From positions 1-64,000 of the IMG/VR virus record IMGVR_UViG_3300023116_000031: a stretch of DNA of 64,000 bases, one strand, 5' to 3'. This document shows, in pieces, positions 1 through 10,000 of the stretch. This DNA comes from a virus. Below the pieces are notes generated by a model. The model was not told the origin of the DNA and ran no database searches. It saw only the letters and a list, made by a program, of their open reading frames with translations. The number at the start of each line of letters is the position of its first letter. Within the stretch, counting starts at the first letter, position 1. A program made the position numbers and the translations under genes.

Positions 1-1
1 T

Positions 2-310
2 AGTGCCACTTACTTATTTACATTCGATTGGACAAATGGTTGTCATGCTGATGGCGTCGGTGATTTGGGCTGGAAGTGTGGTCATCTACTCAAGCTCGAT
101 GACGGCAATTTTAGCATTCAGCCTAATAATAGAATACTCTGGTACGATCCTGCGTTCGTGGCAAACCCGTATGAAGGAACGGATAAACCAGATTATCTAA
201 TCAACACACACGAATGGATTTGTGAATCTACTAAATCTAAGTATGTGACAACAGAGAACTCTGATAGAATGTTCTATGACGTGAAGGATAATGATGATGG
301 GTCTGTTTGA
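2..310 (+). CDS. Conserved phage protein, 5'-truncated
   Basis: The frame is open from base 2 (SATYLFTFDW...KCGH...QPNNRILWYD). This motif recurs in phage hypothetical proteins. Confidence 0.6.
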   Translation, partial: SATYLFTFDWTNGCHADGVGDLGWKCGHLLKLDDGNFSIQPNNRILWYDPAFVANPYEGTDKPDYLINTHEWICESTKSKYVTTENSDRMFYDVKDNDDGSV

Positions 311-1100
311 TATGACAGCAGAGGACTATCTGAAAGAAGTTGAGGGGTGGGTAGATCCTAATCCTGCGCCCGAGGTCGTGGAACACGATGGGCTGCTCGT
401 GGTGCGTGATGATATGCTTGGGTATGGATCAAAGATCCGTGGGCTCGACTACATGATCGGACATGCGCCAGAGTATGCTAATGTTGACAAGTGGTGCTTC
501 GGTGCTTGTCCTGCTGTTGGATACGCACAAATTAGTCTACCGTATCTTTGTAATCGCTATGGTAAGGAAGCGCACCTCTTTATGGCGAAGCGCAACATGG
601 ACAAGCTACACCCAAATCAAAAGATGGGAATTGAGCTTGGTGCTAACTATCATTGGATACCTAATGGTATGCTGAATGTGACTAAAGCAAGATGTCGTGA
701 ATATGTCGCAGAAGATCCTGAACATCGCATGGAGTTCCCTTTGGGATTGGAACATCCTACTGTCATTGGATCTCTGATAAAGGTTGCGAGAAACCTAAAT
801 ATTCAACCAGATCATGTCTGGTCAGTTGGAAGCAGCGGTACATTGAATCGAAGCCTTCAGCTCGCATGGCCTGATGCTGACTGTTTTGTGGTTGGTGTTG
901 GTCATGGTATGGATGATCGAGAGATAGGTAGAGCGACACACTTTAGATCGCCATACAAGTTCAATCAGAAGGTGAAGGATATGGATGCCCCTCCATATCC
1001 ATCGGTACCAGAATACGACGCAAAACTGTGGAGTGTGGTCCGAGAATACTACAAAGAGAACGAGAAACCTAATACGATCTTGTTATGGAATGTCGCATGA
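291..1100 (+). CDS. Fold-type II PLP-dependent enzyme (tryptophan synthase beta / ACC deaminase-like)
   Basis: VVRDD..GYGSKIR carries the putative Schiff-base Lys; VGSSGT is the phosphate-binding loop; YDAK is near the C-terminus. Confidence 0.75.
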   Translation: MMMGLFDMTAEDYLKEVEGWVDPNPAPEVVEHDGLLVVRDDMLGYGSKIRGLDYMIGHAPEYANVDKWCFGACPAVGYAQISLPYLCNRYGKEAHLFMAKRNMDKLHPNQKMGIELGANYHWIPNGMLNVTKARCREYVAEDPEHRMEFPLGLEHPTVIGSLIKVARNLNIQPDHVWSVGSSGTLNRSLQLAWPDADCFVVGVGHGMDDREIGRATHFRSPYKFNQKVKDMDAPPYPSVPEYDAKLWSVVREYYKENEKPNTILLWNVA

Positions 1101-1240
1101 GGACACACATATGCTACAGCGCCTACATAATCTGTGGAAGCGCATTTTAGGATTTCACGTTTGTTTCTACGTTACCCAAGTGAAACGGGTAAACGGCATC
1201 ACCCAGATGTTTACTGAATGTAAAACATGCGGAAAAAGAC

Positions 1241-1268
1241 TTGACAGATGATTGGATGGGATTATAAT
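1241..1268 (+). promoter_or_regulatory. Sigma70-type promoter, probably giving a leaderless mRNA
   Basis: TTGACA-N16-TATAAT, with an in-frame ATG at 1275. Confidence 0.7.
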
Positions 1269-1274
1269 ATACAC

Positions 1275-2858
1275 ATGATGACACCCGCATTCTATTCTCG
1301 TAACGCTGCCTTGATCGACGACCCATCGGTCAATCTTCTATTTGAAGATGCTATGGCAATGTCAGACAAGGAGTTTTCCGACTGGGCATGGAATCTCCGT
1401 AAATTGATAGTCAAGTTATGGGATCAGGGTATTCCTCCTCGCAACGGGCTCGACGAGCAGGGTATCATTGATCAGTTTGATCGCATGACAATCCACCCTG
1501 TCCACGAGTTTCTGCTTGAGGATCTACTGACTGGTGAAAAGAACGTCATTCGCAACGAAACTAATCTTGGTAATGCTGCCAATCAATGGTTCCCGTCCAT
1601 GCTGGCTACGCGCATCGCATACACATCCAAGCTGAACGATGCCAAGTCGGTATATGACTGGTTCGCTGATGATAGTCTCCATGAGCGATTTATGAAGTAT
1701 GTTCGCCGACACTATCAGCGAGATGGTTTCTATCACTACTCTATGCCTGTGCGTCGGAATAATGCAAAAGATTTCCTTTTTCATACAGAGAGCGGTGAGG
1801 AGTGGGTGAAATGGTTTGAAGCGAATAGAAGACATTATTTGGAAGATGACTATTGGCTTGCGCCCAAGTGCTTGAATAAAGCATATACGGGCGCTGCTGA
1901 GGACGAGGAAATCCATCATCAGCTTTTTATTCCCAAGGAGCATATCGCAGACCTCCCGATCCCCGAAACATCCAAATATAACATGGGGAACCCTGATGAT
2001 TGCGATGGATACCAAATCCGATACTACAAGCTGGGGCAGCGTATCTTCCCGCTGGGGCTGAAGACGTTTCGTGTTTCCTTCTGCCAGTATGCGGTCAACT
2101 ATCCTCCGCTGACAGCTCGGTATCTTTACGAACGATACACCGAACACATCAAGGATCAGGATGTAATCAATATCTACGATCCGTCGATGGGTTGGGGTGG
2201 TCGTATTCTTGGAGCGATGGCAGTCAAGGACGATCGTAACATTCACTACATTGGCACCGATCCTAACACAGATCATAATCTGCCTGATGGTACAACAAAG
2301 TATGCCAATCTCGCTGACTTCTATAATACACGCACAAATAGAGCAAACTCCCTATTTCCACATACGCACACATATGATATATTTCAACGTGGGTCGGAAG
2401 TGATAGGAGACGATGAGCGTTTTCAGAAGTATCGTGGAAAGTTGGATATGGTATTCACCAGCCCTCCATACTTTGCCAAAGAGATTTACTCTGAAGATCC
2501 TGAACAGTCCGCTCACAAATTTACTACATACAAGACCTGGCGAGATGGATTTCTTCGCCCAACACTAACAACTGCTGTTGAGTATCTGAAATCGGATCGC
2601 TATTTGTTATGGAACATAGCCAACTGTGTTTTTGATAATATCAACCTACCACTTGAGGATGACAGTCGAGCAATACTTGAAGAACTGGGAATGGAGTATG
2701 TAGAGACATTGAAGATGACTCTATCCACCATGCCAGGTGGTAATAGAGTGGATGAAGAAGGTAAGCCTCGCACCGAGAGTTTCGTTCGTATACGGAAGGT
2801 TGGTGGAGGAGAGATGTATCGCAAGTATGAACCCATATTTGTGTATCGCAAGCCATAA
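1275..2858 (+). CDS. Amino-DNA methyltransferase (N4-C/N6-A type)
   Basis: SAM-binding motif IYDPSMGWGGR and catalytic motif FTSPPYF. Start moved from 1248 to 1275 because of the promoter. Confidence 0.8.
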   Translation: MMTPAFYSRNAALIDDPSVNLLFEDAMAMSDKEFSDWAWNLRKLIVKLWDQGIPPRNGLDEQGIIDQFDRMTIHPVHEFLLEDLLTGEKNVIRNETNLGNAANQWFPSMLATRIAYTSKLNDAKSVYDWFADDSLHERFMKYVRRHYQRDGFYHYSMPVRRNNAKDFLFHTESGEEWVKWFEANRRHYLEDDYWLAPKCLNKAYTGAAEDEEIHHQLFIPKEHIADLPIPETSKYNMGNPDDCDGYQIRYYKLGQRIFPLGLKTFRVSFCQYAVNYPPLTARYLYERYTEHIKDQDVINIYDPSMGWGGRILGAMAVKDDRNIHYIGTDPNTDHNLPDGTTKYANLADFYNTRTNRANSLFPHTHTYDIFQRGSEVIGDDERFQKYRGKLDMVFTSPPYFAKEIYSEDPEQSAHKFTTYKTWRDGFLRPTLTTAVEYLKSDRYLLWNIANCVFDNINLPLEDDSRAILEELGMEYVETLKMTLSTMPGGNRVDEEGKPRTESFVRIRKVGGGEMYRKYEPIFVYRKP

Positions 2859-2869
2859 GGAGCAATAAG

Positions 2870-4471
2870 TTGACTGAGGAAATCCAAGACACTATCACGG
2901 TGAACGCTGAAGAACTCAGAGAGTTGCATCAAGAACACGCGCAAAGTGTTGCCATGAATCAGAGACTTGAGTATCTGCTTCAGCAAGCAAAAGTCAAGCT
3001 GGCGGAGATGAAGGATGAACTTGAGCGATTGAGTAATCCTCCGAATGTGTATGCTTCATTCCTTCACATGAACGATGATGGGTCGGCTGAAGTAATCGCA
3101 AATGGTAGACGAATGAGGTGTACCATTTCAAATCACATACCGATCGACGAGTTGCATCGTGGGCGTTATTTGATTATGAACGAGCAAATGGTTGCTATTG
3201 CCATTGGCCCCTACGCTGATGCGGGTGAAATCTGTAAGGTGCTTGAGGTACTTGACGATCGACGACTTGTTATTGAAGGGCGTCTCGACGAGAGGAAGAT
3301 CATTTACTTGAGGGATGGGCTCAAGGTAGAGGAGCGTCCACTCAAGCCGGGTGATGAAGTTCTCGTTGATCCCACAAGCGCAGTTGCTATGGAATATGTG
3401 TATAAGGTTGACGAGAAAGACACTCTACTCGAAAGCGTTCCTGATGTGACATATGATAAGATTGGTGGAATTGACGATGCGATTGAAATCGTTCATCATA
3501 GCGTCGAACTACCATACAAGCATCCTGATGTGTTCAAGGAGTTTGAGCTTAATGCACCCAAAGGCATCCTTTTGTATGGTCCGCCTGGATGCGGAAAGAC
3601 GTTGATCGCAAAGGCTATCGCAAACAGTCTGGCGAAGAAGGGTGGTGTATCACAGTTCATCAACATCAGCGGGCCTCAACTTCTCACCAAGTGGGTGGGT
3701 GAGTCGGAGCGACGTATCAGAGAGGTGTTCAACAAAGCGCGAGAGGCTGCGACACCTGAAAGCCCTGTTGTGATCTTCTTTGATGAGGCAGAGAGCTTGT
3801 TTCGTATGCGCGGATCAGGCAAGTCATCTGACATGGAAAGCACGATCGTTCCTACACTATTGGCTCAGTTGGATGGTGTTGAAGGGCTTGAGAACGTGTT
3901 AGTCATCTTCGCATCCAACAGACAAGATTTGATTGATCCTGCTGTTCTTCGACCTGGGCGCATTGATGTCAAGATCAGATTGTCACGACCTGATCGAGAT
4001 GCTTCAAAGAAAATCCTTAGTGTGTATTTACATTCTGGGCTGCCTATTGAGGGTGATCTGGATTCTATTCTGGATAAAACTATCGACTATCTATTTGAAG
4101 AAGCACCTAATAAAGAGTTCCTTGAGCTGGTGTATAATAAGGGGACGAGAGAAACTTTATACTTCAAGGATTTCTTATCAGGAGCGATGTTGGAAAACAT
4201 TGTTGCTCGGGCTAAGAAACTCGCAGTTCTTCGTCGAATAGAAGGTGAAACAACAGGTATCACTACAGAAGACATGATTACTGCTGTGGATCAAGAGTTC
4301 CATGCAACACGAGATTTGCCAAATACGAGTGATGTGTCTGATTGGCAAGCAATCACTGGGCGTAACAACGGTGAAGAGATTGTTAAGATCCGATCGCTTA
4401 TTCAAAAGAAGGAAGCAGAGGAAAAGAAACCGAAAAAGGTTGAAGATGCTGCCACCGGGCAATATCTATAA
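2870..4471 (+). CDS. arc: Proteasome-associated AAA+ ATPase (ARC/Mpa)
   Basis: N-terminal coiled coil ending in NPP, OB-like interdomain, VPDVTYDKIGG, Walker A GPPGCGKT, pore loop KWVGESE, Walker B FFDEAE, DPAVLRPGRID, LPNT..DW, and a C-terminal GQYL. Confidence 0.92.
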   Translation: MTEEIQDTITVNAEELRELHQEHAQSVAMNQRLEYLLQQAKVKLAEMKDELERLSNPPNVYASFLHMNDDGSAEVIANGRRMRCTISNHIPIDELHRGRYLIMNEQMVAIAIGPYADAGEICKVLEVLDDRRLVIEGRLDERKIIYLRDGLKVEERPLKPGDEVLVDPTSAVAMEYVYKVDEKDTLLESVPDVTYDKIGGIDDAIEIVHHSVELPYKHPDVFKEFELNAPKGILLYGPPGCGKTLIAKAIANSLAKKGGVSQFINISGPQLLTKWVGESERRIREVFNKAREAATPESPVVIFFDEAESLFRMRGSGKSSDMESTIVPTLLAQLDGVEGLENVLVIFASNRQDLIDPAVLRPGRIDVKIRLSRPDRDASKKILSVYLHSGLPIEGDLDSILDKTIDYLFEEAPNKEFLELVYNKGTRETLYFKDFLSGAMLENIVARAKKLAVLRRIEGETTGITTEDMITAVDQEFHATRDLPNTSDVSDWQAITGRNNGEEIVKIRSLIQKKEAEEKKPKKVEDAATGQYL

Positions 4472-4473
4472 CG

Positions 4474-4506
4474 AAAACGCCCCGGGCTGGTCCGGGGCGT
4501 TTCTTT
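4474..4506. terminator. Bidirectional intrinsic terminator
   Basis: AAACGCCCCGG/CCGGGGCGTTT stem lying between convergent genes. Confidence 0.8.
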
Positions 4507-4523
4507 GTCATCGGTTCAGTTGT

Positions 4524-7043
4524 TTACATCGGTCTTCGTATTACCCTTCTTTTACTTCGGGCCCGAGCAATAGCTCTGCGTCTTAAAACATCAGCATGTT
4601 GCTGGGAGGCTGCGGCTTTGCGTTTTTGTCTGTTTGCATCGTATCTATGTTTTGTGGAAGATACAGAGGCTTGATAATTTTTACTTGAGACGTTTCTTAC
4701 TAATTGATTTCCGGTCATCCCTTCACTTCGCATTCCACGAACTTTGTTACCATAATCACGAGCCTTAGTTCGTGCTAGTCGCTGCTTGGCAACCATGACA
4801 CGCTGCTTTGCTTGAGCGACACGCTCCTTGGCTGCATCAACATTCTCATCCACGGCAGGGTTGATCTTCACATCAGCCTTCCCCTTCTTACGTTCAGCCT
4901 TGTGAGCAGCACGCTTCGCGTCCTTGAGGGATTTCGTGCCAAGATACTTCTTCTCGAACTTCTGAACATTCAGCTCACGCGATGGCTTCGTGCGACCGAT
5001 CATTCCAGCTTCCGCTACCTCGACCTCTTCGTTTGGGAACAATCTCTTGTAGTTGCGACTGTTCTTGATCTTCGCTGATCGCTCTTTGCTAATCTGACGA
5101 AACAGTTTAGCAGCACCGCTTTTGTCACTCTTGCTGAAATAAAGACCAGCCTTGTCAGCACCAGCAGACTTGAGAGCATAGTTATCAGGATCATCAATCG
5201 GACCCGTTCCCTTCAGAGATGGTCTACGATCTGCCATTCTCTGAGCGCGCCCCACCTTTGACTTACGCATCTTATCGGGATGAAGAAGCATTGTGTCCAA
5301 TCCTACTCCACGTTGATCCAACTTGTCGCGAAGACCACCGGGCTTTCCACCCTTTCGGATCTTATGAAGAAGACCACCATACTTGGCTTCATCAACCTGC
5401 TCGACCTCTTCGCGAACAGGCTTGCCATCCTTGGAGATGATACCCTTCATTCCCTTCTTTTCAACTGCGGCTAGGAATCCCTTCGCTGCGTTTAGTGTGC
5501 CAAACTTTGACACCTGAATGGGTCCGCGCTTTGACTTGGCGTACTTGACTTCAAACTCATCGTCAGACCGAGAACTCTTTTCCCGCGACACCTTATCAAG
5601 AGCGCGATTAGTCATTGATTGCGCTCGGTTCTCATCAACCTGCTCGACCTCTTCACCCATTCGACGACGCTTCATGCTCTTGACGAGATCACCTGCTGTT
5701 GGTCCACCCTTGTCTCCACGGACACTGCGACCAAGCTCTCGGATACGCAGTCGTGCCTTCATGGGAACCTTGGACATCGGCATGTCACCATACTTGTCCA
5801 TCAGCTTGTTGTATTCAGACTTGGATTCATTGACCGGATAGAGCTTCTGAAGCTGTGCCACTGCCTTCTCTGCTCCAGAGAAGTTAGCGGTGTTGCGTAA
5901 TGAATAACGTAGCTTCTCGGGTGAATCAAACACATTCTTCAAACCACTCTTGGCTTTCCAGTAGTATTGAATCCTTCCTCCGCGCTTCACCATTCCAATC
6001 TCAACGGCATCTCCACCACTAACTTTAATAGTCGCAGATGTGGAATCTCCCTTGGCTTCCTGCATACTACGGTGAGTGCTTGAGTAAGTATTCAACTCAT
6101 ATGGATGTGAACCACCTTTGTTGTATACTTGAATGTGTATCTGGTGCTTCTTACCGGATTTATGAGTAGCAGGAACACTTACTGAAGTAGTCTTACCTTC
6201 GCCAGGCTTTTTGGAGTTTAGACCAATGTGGTGCATTTTGTCATCATCAGATGAACGTAGTCCACTCTTTGCGTGGTGAGCAAATGCGTGCTTTACGGCA
6301 TCAGTGTATGACTTGTGATATAGTTTATAGTCTGAGCCACGAGCCTCTTCGATTTCTTCTTCCTCTCCCTTTGCCTTCATCATAAAGTGCTTGCGCTTCT
6401 TTGATGGGGTGACACGCTCTATGTCACCGATCATGTCGGGCTTCTTAACTAACTTGCGGAGTTTCATTTTTACTTCAGCTTCTCCTGATCCATCAACAAT
6501 GATGGTTCCGATTCCTTCGACGCTTACTTTGTAACTTGACTCATCAACCTGTTCGACATCAGGATCATAAGAAGCATTGATCTCCTGATTTCTGAACGCA
6601 CGCTTTGAATAGAAAGCATTTTGACTAACAGGTCGTCTTCGATTTTGTGTCAGCCCGGGATTGTTACGAAGATGCTGCTCACGATCGCGCTTCTTCTTCG
6701 CGAGATACTGTTGGTATCGTTCAACCTTCTTCTCGTGTGCTGTCTTTCCAACATAAGGCTTGTCGGGATTCTTCGGACCAGACGGAGGAGTTGCCTCGTT
6801 GATTCTCTTTTTCAATACGACCTTCTTTGTTCTCACCTTAGCGTCCTCCTGTCCGGGGGTATCGTTTTTGTATTTATCTGTTAGTTTGTTTGTGCCCCAC
6901 TCACCAGCACCATGTTCTTCTTTGAACTGCTTATTTGCTGTTGCGTATAGCACACGCTCCCAATCAGCACCATATCGCTTCTTGAAAGCTGCCTTGTTCT
7001 TCATAATGAATCGTTCTGCCTTTTCCGATCTTGCTTCATTCAT
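4524..7043 (-). CDS. Lys/Arg-rich modular internal head (poly)protein
   Basis: Basic modules separated by repeated (E)EVEQVDE and x-x-E linkers that resemble T4 gp21 cleavage sites. The ATG at 7043 directly follows the upstream stop. Confidence 0.65.
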   Translation of the reverse strand: MNEARSEKAERFIMKNKAAFKKRYGADWERVLYATANKQFKEEHGAGEWGTNKLTDKYKNDTPGQEDAKVRTKKVVLKKRINEATPPSGPKNPDKPYVGKTAHEKKVERYQQYLAKKKRDREQHLRNNPGLTQNRRRPVSQNAFYSKRAFRNQEINASYDPDVEQVDESSYKVSVEGIGTIIVDGSGEAEVKMKLRKLVKKPDMIGDIERVTPSKKRKHFMMKAKGEEEEIEEARGSDYKLYHKSYTDAVKHAFAHHAKSGLRSSDDDKMHHIGLNSKKPGEGKTTSVSVPATHKSGKKHQIHIQVYNKGGSHPYELNTYSSTHRSMQEAKGDSTSATIKVSGGDAVEIGMVKRGGRIQYYWKAKSGLKNVFDSPEKLRYSLRNTANFSGAEKAVAQLQKLYPVNESKSEYNKLMDKYGDMPMSKVPMKARLRIRELGRSVRGDKGGPTAGDLVKSMKRRRMGEEVEQVDENRAQSMTNRALDKVSREKSSRSDDEFEVKYAKSKRGPIQVSKFGTLNAAKGFLAAVEKKGMKGIISKDGKPVREEVEQVDEAKYGGLLHKIRKGGKPGGLRDKLDQRGVGLDTMLLHPDKMRKSKVGRAQRMADRRPSLKGTGPIDDPDNYALKSAGADKAGLYFSKSDKSGAAKLFRQISKERSAKIKNSRNYKRLFPNEEVEVAEAGMIGRTKPSRELNVQKFEKKYLGTKSLKDAKRAAHKAERKKGKADVKINPAVDENVDAAKERVAQAKQRVMVAKQRLARTKARDYGNKVRGMRSEGMTGNQLVRNVSSKNYQASVSSTKHRYDANRQKRKAAASQQHADVLRRRAIARARSKRRVIRRPM

Positions 7044-7044
7044 G

Positions 7045-10000
7045 CTATGATCCGTTCGCTCCGATATATGTGCCGTCGCGCCCAAGCACATACCATGTAG
7101 GTTGCAATGATGTTGGATTTATCAACATCATACAAATGAAACTGGAGAGTCCAGCCTGACCTGAAATTGTAGGTGAAACCGTCCCTCCACCCGGCGTTTC
7201 AAATAGTGTTCCGTTAAAGAATATCGGAGCATGGCTGGCTCCGGTCTGAATAGTAAAGTCCGTAGCATATAAACCATGAATACAAAGATTAGCACCGTCA
7301 CTTAAAGTTGAAGAATCAGGAAGCACAAACGGGCCGGAGCCGCGAGTATCAATAAAATACCACTGCCCGTTCGCAAATGGAATGGGAATGTCTTCACTCC
7401 CGTCGCCGTAGTCCAAATAACGAACATCAACATTACCCCTGATTGTTCCCGAACCAAGATCCAGATTTGCTCCGTTGCTTCCTGCTCGCAATGTGACAGG
7501 GCCAGCAGTTCCACCGTTGAACTCAATATAATGTGTTGATGTGCTTCCGTCCGTACTAACACCATCATAGATTTTAATCTCTGGAAATGTGGAAACATCT
7601 CGCCCAACACCAATAGTCAACTGACAGTAATCTGGATCACTCACTCCCGTGCAGAGTGTAGAGAAACTAGCATCTAGTGTTGTAGATCCAGATCCAGGGT
7701 CACCAGCATAATCAGTGGCACCATCGAACGTATCAATGTCATAGTTAAGTGATCCAGCAGCAGTTAACTTACTTGTTACGTCGATATTGTTGAATAGAGC
7801 ATTTCCATTGACATCAACGCTCCAGTTTGAACTAGCAGTGTCTTCATCTTTAATCGCTTCAACGAAAAGTTGACCACTTTGATCCAATCGTAAGAGGTCT
7901 AACGATCCTCCATCGCGTTGAACATGAACAACGGGAGCCATATCTACACCGACCGGAGGCGCTTCAACGAGCAATGATGCTATGGTTCTATCATCTCCCT
8001 TTATCTTTACTTTACCATCCGTTGATGTTCCTGCACCAACGATAAGTCTATTTGTGGCGGCTGTAGCAAGAGACGCATTTCCTCCGCTATGTGTGATGGT
8101 TTGTGTGCTTGTTAGTGATGGTGTATTTACCGACGTTCCTGTGATGGCCCCAGCACTTGTGATACCCCAGTTGGTGCCTGGTCCGTCAAGGTCTTGAATA
8201 GCTTGAGTTCGAACTTCACCATCAGCCCAGGCTTTGAACACAGAAGCACCTGCAAATGTAATCAAATCGAGCAGAGGATTACCAGCAACTCCAGGTTGTC
8301 CATCGGCACCACGGACGATAAGTTGTGTGACTGTGGATTGTCCTCCAATCTCAACCTTTCCGGTACGACCTGCGATGTCATCCCCTACGGAAAGTGTCCC
8401 ATCAAAAGCAGCAGAACCATTATCGCTGATCGACCACTCCACTGGTGAATCAATATCTGTGAGGGATTTTAATGAGCCGACACCACCACTACTGATACTC
8501 CAGTTAGTGCTAGGAACATCGATGTCACCGATGGACTGAGCGTATACCGCACCATCAGCATCCACATTGAACAGCTCTGTTCCTGCGTTGTCCTCAACAA
8601 CAAAGACGGAATCTGTCTGTGTGCTATGTCCCTGAACGACGAGCTGTGGTTGATCTTGTGTGCCACCAATCTCTGCCTTACCAGCAAGCGCCGTGCCATC
8701 ACCAATAGTGAACAGCTCCGTTGCTCCAGATGTCAGCGTTGCGTTTCCACCGTTCTGCGTCAGCGCACCAGTATTTGTCAGCGCACCAGTATTTGTAATG
8801 TCTTTGAACTTACCTTCTCCGCCGGCTGTTATTTCCCAATTACCACCACTTGCATAAGCGTTACTGCGATCTCTCAGAGCTTCTGCGTAAATAAGACCAG
8901 TATCGAACATTTGAATTGGATTGCCGGTGGAGGCCGGGTCTGTGCGATCTTCTGATATTACAAATACTGGATTGGCATCAGTACCTTCGCGTGATGCCAC
9001 AACCAAGCCAACTTCATTGGCCACTCCTGAATATATCTCTACCGTTGGTGTAAAGAATCTATCTGTAAAATCTGCTCCTCCGACGACAGCAGAGTCAATA
9101 TCGGATACTCCTAAAACAGTTAACGATGATACCGTGGTTCCTTGAAAGATTGCTGTTCCGCCCGGAGCGATGCTCCAGTTATCACCTGGTCCGTCCGTAT
9201 CTGAAAGAGATTGAAACTGAGCTGCGCCGCTGGGAGGAATGACCCAGTTTGATGTACCTACACCTTTGGTTGGGTCTGGAAACCCAGTAAGATTGTTTGT
9301 GACTCGCACGCTACCATTATGAAATACATCAAACACTGTGTTGGTGGTATCAACCGTCGCGCCACCACCACCACTTACGGGATTAAATCCATATATTCTG
9401 AAGGCAGGCTGTCCAGCAGCACCGCTGCCGCCACTGTCAAGCGATGGGATCAGGTCCAACAGAGAAGTAGCACTTGTTGTTGTTCCTGTTATGTTCACTG
9501 CTGCTGAGATGTTATTCACATCAGGTGCGAGATCGCTGAGAACATTGTCTTCACACTTCTTGAACTTCCCTTCGCTGTCATTATAGAAAATGCCGCCATT
9601 CGCGTTGTCGAATGTGTTACAGTTCGTTAGTTCTCCTGCGACAAACTCTGCTCCCAAGTTAGAAACGACAAGCTCTGTTGTCAGTGAACCGAGACTTGTA
9701 ATACCTGTGCCGATCACATCAAATGTTACAACACCAGAAGTGTCCGTGACATTGACTGTGGATGTATCTTGAAGATCAGCGGATTGGATGATTGTTCCGC
9801 TTGAGTCCACTTGAATAGAGGATGATCCTACAGTTCGCGCTCCACACTGCCACAACGAACTGGTCTCATTCCACGCGATAGTGTCTCCGTTAGAACAACC
9901 TTGAAGTATTGCTAATTCGCCTGACTGTGTGAACTCAAGCCCAGATAGATTGGAGTTTGATCCGACCCCGTCTACTGCTCCATTAAGATCAACAGCAAAG

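Noticed and set aside
2870-4471. Host chromosomal Pup-proteasome operon or contamination
   Set aside because: The flanking genes and composition are phage-like, and no pup, dop, pafA or prcAB is adjacent. I noticed no small ORF ending in GGE/GGQ, though very short ORFs were not checked exhaustively.
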